NCBI GenBank assembly: GCA_943357915.1
Contig: CALRGQ010000001.1
Span: 6,816 to 70,815 of the forward strand
Length of the DNA: 64,000 nucleotides
From: Candidatus Peribacteria bacterium
Lineage (GTDB): Bacteria; Patescibacteriota; Gracilibacteria; Peribacterales; Peribacteraceae
Direction: 5' to 3'
A program made the translations under genes and the position numbers. The notes under the pieces were generated by a model. That model was not told the origin of the DNA and ran no database searches. It saw only the letters and a program-made list of their open reading frames with translations. Every line of letters starts with the position of its first letter. The first letter of the stretch is position 1. Positions 8,600 to 17,019 of this stretch are shown here, piece by piece.

Positions 8600-9445
8600 A
8601 TGCACTACGCCGATCGTCTCCAGCAACGGATATCTGACACCTCTCCAGTTTGCGTGGGGCTTGATCCAGTCATCTCAAAACTTCCTGATGGCATTTCTAA
8701 AGATGTGAATGGCGTGAAGGAATTTTGTTTTGGAATCATCGATGCAGTTGCGGAAACCGCCGCAGCGGTGAAGCCACAGCTCGCATATTTTGAGCTACTT
8801 GGATGGGAAGGGATGAAAGTATTTTTTGAAGTATGTGAGTACGCCAAGAAAAAAAATCTGATCGTGATTGCCGACGCTAAAAGAAACGACATCGGTTCGA
8901 CCTGTGAAGCGTATGCCGATGCGTATCTCAGTGCTTCAAGCCCGATTGATGCGCTCACCGTGACGCCGTATCTTGGTTCGGACGGCGTGACGCCTTTTCT
9001 CGAACGCTGCGTGAAGAATGACCGCGGTATCTACGTCCTTGTAAAAACGAGTAATGAAAGTTCCGGCGACATTCAGGATTTGCCCATCGGAGATGAAGTC
9101 GTGCACGAACACGTGGCGCAATTGGTAGAAAGTTGGGGAGCACAGAACATTGGTCCAAAAAGTAATCTTTCCTGTGTGGGCGCAGTCGTGGGTGCTACAT
9201 ATCCAGAGGAAATGAAGTACTTGCGAACATTGATGCCACACATTCCGTTTCTCATTCCTGGTTTTGGTGCTCAGGGAGGAACTGCTGCAGATGCTGCACT
9301 GGGGTTCTTGCCGGATGGCACCGGAGCCATCGTGAACGCCAGCCGGAGCATTTTGTATGCTTCCGCAGCAAAAGACTGGAAGGAAGAAGCCTCAAAAGCT
9401 GCTGTAGCTATGTCTGATGATCTACGGAAGGTTATTGCAAAATAG
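8600..9445 (+). CDS. pyrF: Orotidine 5'-phosphate decarboxylase (type 2)
   Basis: SPVCVGLDP, AAVKPQLAYFE, IADAKRNDIGST, PGFGAQGG. Confidence 0.9.
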   Translation: MHYADRLQQRISDTSPVCVGLDPVISKLPDGISKDVNGVKEFCFGIIDAVAETAAAVKPQLAYFELLGWEGMKVFFEVCEYAKKKNLIVIADAKRNDIGSTCEAYADAYLSASSPIDALTVTPYLGSDGVTPFLERCVKNDRGIYVLVKTSNESSGDIQDLPIGDEVVHEHVAQLVESWGAQNIGPKSNLSCVGAVVGATYPEEMKYLRTLMPHIPFLIPGFGAQGGTAADAALGFLPDGTGAIVNASRSILYASAAKDWKEEASKAAVAMSDDLRKVIAK

Positions 9446-9629
9446 CAATATATATGGTATAGTATGTGTATTATTTCCTACTCATACACATATATATGAG
9501 CATCAATCTCTTAGGTAAGGAGCACAGCGAGAAGCTCCTTGTCCTCGCTACTCTCTGGACCACGTTCGCAAGTGCGTTCCTCATCGTAGCCGTTAGTAAC
9601 CACATCGCTTAAGCGAAAAAACCTTATAC

Positions 9630-9666
9630 AAAAATGCACTCCGCACATGCTGCAGGGTGCGTTTTT
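9630..9666. terminator. Candidate bidirectional terminator between pyrF and the convergent surface-protein gene
   Basis: AAAAATGCACTCC...GGGTGCGTTTTT is an imperfect hairpin with A and T tracts on opposite flanks. It lies 8 nt from the minus-strand stop at 9674. Confidence 0.4.
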
Positions 9667-9673
9667 GTAGAAA

Positions 9674-11374
9674 TTATTGAAGTCGCGTGCCCTTTGCCAC
9701 CGGAGCAATGCCCTCGATCCACCGGAAAATGCCTGATTCATCAGTCCATTCCACGCTGCCGAGCGCCTCAGGTGAACCGGTGGCATCTAGCGACGTTTCC
9801 AGAACGGAGTCATTTGTGCCGGCAGGTACAAAAACCGTCGCTTTTAGATCGAGAAGGAGTGGCGTATTTGCTGTGAACGCTCCGACAGATTGCTCAAGAA
9901 GTGCACAGGTGATGGTCATGGTTTGATCATTGGTGCTACACGTAACACTAGCGCCCGACGCACGATGAACGAGCGTCCAGTTGCTCACACTGACGGAACC
10001 AGTTTTGACGAGCGAGAACGTAAGCTGACGAAGTTTGAGATTCTTACCATCAAGAACAGAACTACTGAAGGAGTAAGTACCAATCAGCGTATTCGCACCG
10101 GCAATAAGGGGTGCAGTGACGGGCGACGCACGGGTCACGCCTGTTATGCGTCCGAATGCTGTCTGATGCTTCGGGAATGGGCCACTGATCGACGCATTTA
10201 TCGTTTGGTTTGTTGCCTCACTTTTCATTGTTACCGACATCGTACGAACCTGCAGCAGCTCATCCGAGAAGCCCGCATTGCTGGCCGAACGGATGATCGC
10301 GCGAAGCACGATACGAACGTCTGTATCTTTTGGGATCGTAAACTGACTCTCCGGCTGAAATTGAGCCTCAAAAGTCAGCTTATAATCGGTCGTATCGGTC
10401 GTGGTTCGTCGCAGAAGTTTCGCAATGACCTCGCCCTTCTCGGTCACGAGTTCAAGATAGTCGATCGATCGGACTTCGTTAAACAGTTTCACCTGTACGA
10501 TCTGCACTTTGGCCGTCTCGCCGACGCTACGGACCACACCGTCCGCGATGGCATCAGTGGTTGTGCCAGGGATGAGAAAGTGGCTGACGGAGGGAAGTGT
10601 GAAGAGCGACGCGACGGATGAGGAGGATGAAGACGTAGGGGTGGAAGAAGAAACGCTTGAGGATGAGGAAGACGATGAAAGCGAAGACGAAGATGAACTG
10701 CTCGATGAAGAGGAAGAGTGGGAAGATGTATAGATGCCGGATTCTGCCAGACGATACTGTTCCAGTTGCCCCGCTTTTTCAGCGATAAATGCTCCCGCCA
10801 GACGTGCGGTCATGCCCCGAGTCATCGGAGTACCAAAGGTGATACGGATGGGAAGATCCACGCCTTTGGTTGCGGCTGCCTTGTAGTACGGTTGGGCCCA
10901 ATCCGTGCCGCCCACATTAGGGATTTGGTAACGATAGAGAAGTACCAGCATCTTGAGCGCGGCATCATAGGTCACAGTATCACCAGGATTAAATGTCCAC
11001 TGATCTTGTGACACTTTGGGATTTGCATTGCCACTGACGATGCCAGCAGCTTTAGCAGCACAAACGTATGGGGCAAACCAATCGGTGCCTTTTACATCCG
11101 GAAAGCAGCCCTGACCTGACATGTCTGGCTGATATCCATCCGGACTCGCGAGGATCGCGATCTTGAGGAATTCTGCACGGTTAATGAGGCGATTCGGACC
11201 AAAATGACTTTCACCATAGCCCTGCACGATGCCCTCACGGGTTAACAGATTGATACCTGGCGCTTCCTTGGAATTAGCGCGAACATCGGAATAGAAATCT
11301 GCAGGCTTCAGCTCAAGAGCGAAGGCCGTCAGTGGAAGCAAAAGTAATGAAAGGGCGAAAAGGCGTTGGTGCAT
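9674..11374 (-). CDS. Large secreted surface protein: N-terminal SLH-like repeats, poly-Ser linker, beta-rich C-terminal region
   Basis: Signal peptide MHQRLFALSLLLLPLTAFA. SLH-like segments FYSDVRANSKEAPGINLLTREGIVQGY....NRLINRAEFLKIA and FPDVKGTDWFAPYVCAAKAAGIVSG. A Ser tract of about 45 aa. The alternative start at 11401 is tracked. Confidence 0.65.
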   Translation of the reverse strand: MHQRLFALSLLLLPLTAFALELKPADFYSDVRANSKEAPGINLLTREGIVQGYGESHFGPNRLINRAEFLKIAILASPDGYQPDMSGQGCFPDVKGTDWFAPYVCAAKAAGIVSGNANPKVSQDQWTFNPGDTVTYDAALKMLVLLYRYQIPNVGGTDWAQPYYKAAATKGVDLPIRITFGTPMTRGMTARLAGAFIAEKAGQLEQYRLAESGIYTSSHSSSSSSSSSSSSLSSSSSSSSVSSSTPTSSSSSSVASLFTLPSVSHFLIPGTTTDAIADGVVRSVGETAKVQIVQVKLFNEVRSIDYLELVTEKGEVIAKLLRRTTTDTTDYKLTFEAQFQPESQFTIPKDTDVRIVLRAIIRSASNAGFSDELLQVRTMSVTMKSEATNQTINASISGPFPKHQTAFGRITGVTRASPVTAPLIAGANTLIGTYSFSSSVLDGKNLKLRQLTFSLVKTGSVSVSNWTLVHRASGASVTCSTNDQTMTITCALLEQSVGAFTANTPLLLDLKATVFVPAGTNDSVLETSLDATGSPEALGSVEWTDESGIFRWIEGIAPVAKGTRLQ

Positions 11375-11416
11375 GGCTGCATTATAATCCATATATCTCA
11401 AAACGCAGGTATCCGT

Positions 11417-11445
11417 TTGAATAAAAGTCTGTTTTTTGGTATAAT
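11417..11445 (+). promoter_or_regulatory. Near-consensus sigma70-type promoter for the 11555-16571 operon
   Basis: TTGAAT (11417-11422), an exactly 17-nt spacer, then TATAAT (11440-11445). Confidence 0.5.
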
Positions 11446-11554
11446 ACTTAGAAATTCACACACATATCTGTCTCAGGTAAACCCTATCGCCATTGGCACA
11501 TTTCCATCCGGGCTTCCCATTCTTCCGAATCCTCGGGTGCTGTATGACCAGATC

Positions 11555-11860
11555 ATGGAGACAATCGAACCCGAACTTATGACGTCCGCGCTACAAACAC
11601 TCACAGAAAAATATGCACAGGAAACGCCTGAGGAAAGAAAGAAACGAGCATTGCGATACGCTAAGGCCTATAAGCAATATCATGAAGCCTTTGCGAGTTA
11701 TATGAGTGCACTGCAACGTGCGATCAAGCATTTTACCGCAGCCGCAACAAAGTCGTTTGAGACGACGTATCGGGAAGGTGAGCAAAATGATCTGCTTGAG
11801 CTAGAAGCTGCGTTTGCAGCTGAGCCTTCTACGAATCCCCAGAATTCCCATGATGCGTAA
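11555..11860 (+). CDS. Hypothetical helical protein (101 aa)
   Basis: ORF from the first ATG downstream of the promoter. Its stop overlaps the start of the giant gene (ATGATGCGTAA). I recognise no family, and the start is uncertain. Confidence 0.45.
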   Translation: METIEPELMTSALQTLTEKYAQETPEERKKRALRYAKAYKQYHEAFASYMSALQRAIKHFTAAATKSFETTYREGEQNDLLELEAAFAAEPSTNPQNSHDA

Positions 11861-14800
11861 TGTCTTTTCATCATCGGACATCCGGGAACAAAGGCTTCTG
11901 TGTTTTGGTTTGGCTGATAGCTTCAAGCCAGAACCGGCACACGTAGAGACAGGTAGCCCAGAGACTGCAGCGGAACCTGAAGATCTCGACACAATGTCTA
12001 ATGAAGACGTTTATGCTGAGTCAAACGCACTTATTGTCGAAAATCTGGCACGCCTTCACATGGAGTGGGAGCAAGCACTACCGAAAATGGTGGCCATGCG
12101 AAAGGAAATTTTCGGGCAACGTACTGTGGCTGGGAAAACAAAAAAAGCACGTGAAACGAAAATTAGATATCTGAACACAGACGCTCGCAGATCAAAAGAC
12201 CAAGGATTTATTGCTGATATTCATGAACAAATAAAGCAGCAAACAGAATTTCTAAATGCTGCACGAGCAGAGTGGCTCTCTCTGAACCAACAGCTCATGA
12301 GCATTATAGAAGATATCAAACAATGGAAGTTCCAAAAGCCGGACATGGCAGACTCCGCATACGACATCACAGGTGTGCGAAGAGGAGGGGCAGCACCTAC
12401 CGACACGAATCCGTGTAAACCAAAAGTAACTCCAAATTGTGATCCCTGTGTACCGGACGGGGCAACTTCAAGGAGTCCTTATGCAACAGATCCATATCCT
12501 AGCAATTTCCAACCGACAAATCGTCATGAGCACCTACCACCCGCTATAAGAGATTTCGTACAAAAAGCTACAGCGTATTTAGACACGCAAGATAAAGATA
12601 TTGTGAACAGATGGATGGGAAAAATAGTAACAGCAATAGTAGGAAAGCCAGAGATGAACGAGGGGATAGAAATTTGGACCAAACTTCTCCGAACGAATGA
12701 AACACTCGATGAAGCTGCTCTGAACGCACTATCAACAGATGAAAAAAATGCTGTAGAAAAACTAACAACGGCACTAGCACTCACGCCCGCTGAAAAAGTT
12801 ATCTTTGAACACATTCTGAAGCATTTTGGAGAACCATTATTATCCTCAGAATATGAGGATGATGAGAACGCCAAAGCTTACACATTGGGAGAAGAAACAG
12901 AGCCTACGAAAAATACTATTCTCGATATTCTCACGAAGCGTAAAGATGCCATCGCAAAGAAGGATGTAGAACTACAAAACAGTCTGGAAAGGGAGTTGAT
13001 CATGCAAGGCGTGGATATTCCGAATAGTAACCTAGGGAGTGAAACACCTGATAAGGACGTCAAAATGCTTCCAAAAAATGGCCTGGCGCGTTTCATCCCG
13101 GCTCTCATGGCTCTTATTAAGTTGCTTCAGTCGCTGTGGAATAAAGAGGGAAAGGCTGGGGAAGAAAAGAAGGAAGAGCAGGAAGAGAAAAAGGAGGAGG
13201 ATGAGGAGGAAAAACTAGGAGACATGACTAAAGAGCAATTACAGGAAAAGATGAAAAAGAACGATGAGCGAATAAAGTCTATCTCAACAGAAGGAGAGAA
13301 AATTGATGCAGAGATTTTGGAGATTCAAAAAGAGCTTGATGAAAAGACAGCAACGTTGGAAGAGAGTACGGATAAAGAAAAAAAACCTCTGAGAGACCTG
13401 AAAGACAAAATGGATGAAAAAATGGAGGCACGGGGAACGTTACTTAAAGAATTAAACAAGCTAAAAAAAGAAAATGAGAAAATACAGAAAGAGCTTACAG
13501 AGAGAGCGACGAAGGACTATATGGGAGATCTGGAAAAGGAAGATGAGTCACTGAATGAAGCAAGCGTTCGTCAGCGCATTGCAACTTTGGTGAATGCAAA
13601 TACACTCAATGAAAAACTAAGCAACATGACGAGTCTTCCTTCTATGACAAAGGAACAATTCGACCATGCAAAACAAAAATTTAAAACTCTGCTGTCAGAT
13701 AATAAAGACAAATTTATAGAAACTTTTGAAATCGATATCAAAGATAATACAGTGAGAATTGGTGTAAATTTATCAAAAATTGAGAAATTGCTGATTTTGG
13801 CGCAAGGATCGTGTGAAGAGGTAGTAGAAGCACTCATTCCGCAGTTGAGTGTTGGAGGAGCAATAATACGTTTGTTAGACGAGAATGACCAAGGCGGAAC
13901 CGTGATTTATACCGAGTATTTAAATGCAGCAGAATTGGACGAACTTTTCAAGAAACCGTCAGAGGAAATAAGGGGAGATGATGCAGGTGAAAAGAAAGAA
14001 GAAACTCCTAGTCTAGAAACAATGATAAATGATTTAAAAGAAAAATATAAACTTAAAAATATTCAGTATATCGGAGTAAATGAGGATGATTTACTAAAAA
14101 GTATGGCAACTATTCAAGCGGCAATGTTGAATGTTAAAGATCAATTAATAGGAAAGAATATTATCTTCAGTAGTGAAGAAGCGTGTGCTTATACTTCGGA
14201 AAATGTTGCTATTATTTTCAATGACGCAGAAGGGACAATGACGACGAAACTTCAATCGAGTTTAAAAAAAACGGGCGAACTTAAGAAATTAGATTCCAAG
14301 TTCGATGCATTAAAAAAGGAACATGGAATCAAAAATATTTTCGTTCTAATAGAAGCTGAAACATTAGTAGAGGGTAAGCTTACCCTATTCCAGGAAGTTA
14401 TAGGCACACTAGGAACAGAGCTCAGTGGTAAAGAAATTTATTTCACTACTAGCGACACGTATGTATCAGAGGATAGTAAAAAAATTGGCATTTCTTCTAA
14501 AGATACAAATAAAGATATTATAATAGCGAAGATTAGAGCGATTCTACCGAAAGAAGAAAAAGCAGAAACCCTTAGTCTAGAAGATATTTTTAACAATTTA
14601 ATAACAACATATAAGCTCAAAGCGATTAAAAATGAAGGAAATGATAACGGTGCTTTGCTAAAAAAAATGGGAACTATTCAAAAGGTATTGTCGAAATACA
14701 AAAATCAGTTAGAAGGGGAGACTATCAGGTTCCATCCAAGAGACTGGCCAGTCCTTACTTCGAATTATCTGCATATTAATTACAATGAGTTAGAAAAGGA

Positions 14801-16571
14801 AATGGAAACAAAGCTAGAATCGAGTATGAAAGAAATAGATGAACTTAAGAAATTAGATTCAAAGTTCGATGATGTAAAAAAGAAGTACGCCATCAAAGAT
14901 ATTCTTGTTGTTACAACTGCTAAAAAACTTGTAACGGATAACCATGCCTTCCTTCTGCAAGTAGTAGAAGAACTAGGAAAGGAACTCAGCGGTAAGATAA
15001 TTTATATCGATGAAGTACCCACGAATGCGTGGATTAATAGCAGTGGTGCATATATTTCCATTGATGCCAGTGGAAGCGACAAAGAGGCTAAGAAGCAGGA
15101 AGTTAGGGCAGCTCTATTGTTAGCGTCAGGAGGAGTAAAACTGGAGCCTGCTAAACGAGGGCCAGAGACGACTGACAAATTAGATGGAACGTCAAATGAT
15201 AGCTCAAATCAGGAGCTTGTTGAAACACTTAAAGCTTTTAAAGGCGACCTAACTATTGAGCCTAGCGAAGCGCGATACGAAGCTCTTATGTCAGCCGTAT
15301 CTAAAAGGTTATCAACGCAAATTAACTCCACAGACTATGCGATGGAGGTAGTTCAGTTTTTAAATCCAGACTCAACTACGTTAGCATATTCGCTAGTAAT
15401 TATTACAGACAAAAGAATCATGACTCCGGCTTTGTTTGTACGAAAAGGAGCACTGGTTGCAAAAGTATTTTTTGATATACATGGCAATATTACGAGTGTA
15501 TTAGAAAAAATGGACAAAGATACATTAAAACAGCTCTTCGGGGAGCAGAAATATGATGAAGTTCTCACTCAGTTAGAAAAGATCATGGATCCCGAATCTG
15601 CAGAGGCTATTGGTGGTGATGAACTCAACCTATACGCATACACTATCACCCATCTTGCCTCGCCAACCGTAGAACAAAAGCGTACTGCGCTCAACTGTAT
15701 TGAGACTGCATTAAAAAATGATCACGATAATTTGATATTTAAGGATACAAAAGCTTGTGTCCTCGTTATGTTAGGACAATATGACGAAGCTGAAATTATA
15801 TGGAACGAAATCATTCCAAAGTTAGAAACTAAGATTGAAGAAGAGACAGAGGAAGCAGATCAAAAGAATTTGAAGTCTGATTTAGAGGAGATACAACAGA
15901 ATTTTGAAAAGTGCAAACAAGCTAGGAAGGCATTAGAGCCGCAAACTACGACTGAGACTCCTACTCCCGCTCCGCCAGAGCCAGCGCCCACTGAGGTAAC
16001 GAATAAAAGCCTAGAAGCTACTTTTGAAGACCTGAGGGGAAGTTTAGGGATAACAAGCTTCGCGATTAATCCAGCTGATGCTGTGGGTGTTCAGACGAAT
16101 CTGGTAAAGATTACAAAGGTTCTGACAGAGATTGGGAAGGAGGAATTGGATGGTAAGAGTATCTATCTTGTTACATCGTATGGAACATGCGCACTAAGTG
16201 ATAATAACATAGCCATCAATTATAATGATGAAACTGATGCAATGAAAACGAATATTCAAAGGGTTTTGAAAGAAATACATCAGCTTAAGGAACTCCAAAC
16301 TTCTCTTGAAGACCTGAGGGGAAGTTTAGGGATAACAAGCTTCGGGATTAATCCAGCTGATGCTGTGGGTGTTCAGACGAATCTGGTAAAGATTACAAAG
16401 GTTCTGACAGAGATTGGGAAGGAGGAATTGGATGGTAAGAGTATCTATCTTGTTACATTGTATGGAACATGCGCACTAAGTGATAATAACATAGCCATCA
16501 ATTATAATGATGAAACTGAGACAATGAAGACGAATATTCAAAGGGTTTTGAAAGAAATAAAGGCTAAGTAG
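11850..16571 (+). CDS. Giant charged, modular repeat protein (about 1574 aa), no signal peptide, function unknown
   Basis: Uninterrupted ORF. It has a long Lys/Glu-rich segment (EEKKEEQEEKKEEDEEEK...), a single TPR-like stretch (ALNCIETALKNDHDNLIFKDTKACVLVMLGQYDEAE) and at least 6 copies of a module of about 90-95 aa ending ...L.GK.IY.... The start is 11850/11853 (MMRNVF) or the tracked 11814. Confidence 0.8.
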   Translation: MMRNVFSSSDIREQRLLCFGLADSFKPEPAHVETGSPETAAEPEDLDTMSNEDVYAESNALIVENLARLHMEWEQALPKMVAMRKEIFGQRTVAGKTKKARETKIRYLNTDARRSKDQGFIADIHEQIKQQTEFLNAARAEWLSLNQQLMSIIEDIKQWKFQKPDMADSAYDITGVRRGGAAPTDTNPCKPKVTPNCDPCVPDGATSRSPYATDPYPSNFQPTNRHEHLPPAIRDFVQKATAYLDTQDKDIVNRWMGKIVTAIVGKPEMNEGIEIWTKLLRTNETLDEAALNALSTDEKNAVEKLTTALALTPAEKVIFEHILKHFGEPLLSSEYEDDENAKAYTLGEETEPTKNTILDILTKRKDAIAKKDVELQNSLERELIMQGVDIPNSNLGSETPDKDVKMLPKNGLARFIPALMALIKLLQSLWNKEGKAGEEKKEEQEEKKEEDEEEKLGDMTKEQLQEKMKKNDERIKSISTEGEKIDAEILEIQKELDEKTATLEESTDKEKKPLRDLKDKMDEKMEARGTLLKELNKLKKENEKIQKELTERATKDYMGDLEKEDESLNEASVRQRIATLVNANTLNEKLSNMTSLPSMTKEQFDHAKQKFKTLLSDNKDKFIETFEIDIKDNTVRIGVNLSKIEKLLILAQGSCEEVVEALIPQLSVGGAIIRLLDENDQGGTVIYTEYLNAAELDELFKKPSEEIRGDDAGEKKEETPSLETMINDLKEKYKLKNIQYIGVNEDDLLKSMATIQAAMLNVKDQLIGKNIIFSSEEACAYTSENVAIIFNDAEGTMTTKLQSSLKKTGELKKLDSKFDALKKEHGIKNIFVLIEAETLVEGKLTLFQEVIGTLGTELSGKEIYFTTSDTYVSEDSKKIGISSKDTNKDIIIAKIRAILPKEEKAETLSLEDIFNNLITTYKLKAIKNEGNDNGALLKKMGTIQKVLSKYKNQLEGETIRFHPRDWPVLTSNYLHINYNELEKEMETKLESSMKEIDELKKLDSKFDDVKKKYAIKDILVVTTAKKLVTDNHAFLLQVVEELGKELSGKIIYIDEVPTNAWINSSGAYISIDASGSDKEAKKQEVRAALLLASGGVKLEPAKRGPETTDKLDGTSNDSSNQELVETLKAFKGDLTIEPSEARYEALMSAVSKRLSTQINSTDYAMEVVQFLNPDSTTLAYSLVIITDKRIMTPALFVRKGALVAKVFFDIHGNITSVLEKMDKDTLKQLFGEQKYDEVLTQLEKIMDPESAEAIGGDELNLYAYTITHLASPTVEQKRTALNCIETALKNDHDNLIFKDTKACVLVMLGQYDEAEIIWNEIIPKLETKIEEETEEADQKNLKSDLEEIQQNFEKCKQARKALEPQTTTETPTPAPPEPAPTEVTNKSLEATFEDLRGSLGITSFAINPADAVGVQTNLVKITKVLTEIGKEELDGKSIYLVTSYGTCALSDNNIAINYNDETDAMKTNIQRVLKEIHQLKELQTSLEDLRGSLGITSFGINPADAVGVQTNLVKITKVLTEIGKEELDGKSIYLVTLYGTCALSDNNIAINYNDETETMKTNIQRVLKEIKAK
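16024..16559 (+). repeat. 282-bp tandem duplication (about 1.9 copies, 5 mismatches over 254 bp) inside the 3' end of the giant gene
   Basis: 16024-16277 aligns without gaps to 16306-16559. The only differences are cgcg/cggg, tcg/ttg, gatgca/gagaca and aaaacg/aagacg. The period is 282 bp, or 94 codons, in frame. Confidence 0.95.
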
Positions 16572-16583
16572 CCCCAGTAAATA

Positions 16584-16607
16584 TGGTGCCTAGGAAAGGA
16601 ATCCTCG
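16584..16607 (-). repeat. Degenerate duplicate of the tRNA-Leu 3' end (acceptor/T-arm fragment)
   Basis: TGGTGCCTAGGAAAGGAATCCTCG compared with the true tRNA 3' end TGGTGCCCAGGAGAGGACTTGAACCTCC at 16827. The first 19 nt match 17/19 in the same orientation, 243 bp away. Confidence 0.5.
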
Positions 16608-16826
16608 TGATCTCCCATCTTCGCTAAAGCTACGGTGGGCAAGCAGGACAAGGTTGAACACTCCGCTTCTCTCAGTACGAGCCCTGATGGCTTGGCATGA
16701 TAAACCGAGACGCGGCGTCTCGGCTGCGAGGTTCATTATGAGATCGTGACGGGTTCCGTAACTTCTCTCTATGTGAGCCTTGATGGTTTACCGTGAGGGG
16801 AGTCCGCCTGAGGCGGACGAATCGAA

Positions 16827-16912
16827 TGGTGCCCAGGAGAGGACTTGAACCTCCATATCCTTGCGGATACCAGCTCCTAAGGCTGGCGCGTCTGCCATTT
16901 CGCCACCTGGGC
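16827..16912 (-). tRNA. tRNA-Leu (anticodon UAG), CCA encoded
   Basis: The reverse complement folds as a cloverleaf: acceptor GCCCAGG/CCTGGGC, anticodon stem CCAGC/GCTGG with loop CTTAGGA, a long variable arm TATCCGCAAGGATATG, T arm GGAGG-TTCAAGT-CCTCT, and 3' ACCA. Confidence 0.92.
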
Positions 16913-17019
16913 AGGTGACTGTCGATGATGTGTGTCTGCCATGGAGTTTACCCTGAGAGATCCGAAGGGCCACCTGGGCATATGTGTAGTGTACCGAAAG
17001 ATCGAGAGTATCGCTTTAC

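Noticed and set aside
10509-10733. Acidic poly-Glu/Asp ORFs at 10509..10733(+) and 60371..60598(+).
   Set aside because: These are the reverse-complement reading of the poly-Ser linkers (TCx/AGC codons) in the minus-strand surface-protein genes. They are an artefact of repeat composition.
16024-16559. Diversity-generating retroelement (template/variable repeat pair) as an explanation for the near-identical repeats at the 3' end of the giant gene.
   Set aside because: The five mismatches are not adenine-specific (c/g, c/t, t/g, g/a, a/g). The repeats are tandem and in frame within one ORF. No reverse transcriptase gene is present in the window.
16795-16812. GAGGGGAGTCCGCC resembles the RNase P RNA P4 motif GAGGAAAGTCCGGGC. 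I also considered SRP RNA or tmRNA in 16572-16826.
   Set aside because: The available non-coding space is about 250 nt and is bounded by the giant gene and the opposite-strand tRNA. That is too short for RNase P RNA or tmRNA. I could not find the SRP helix-8 GGAA/AGCA motifs or a tRNA-like acceptor pairing. It is left as an unassigned structured segment.
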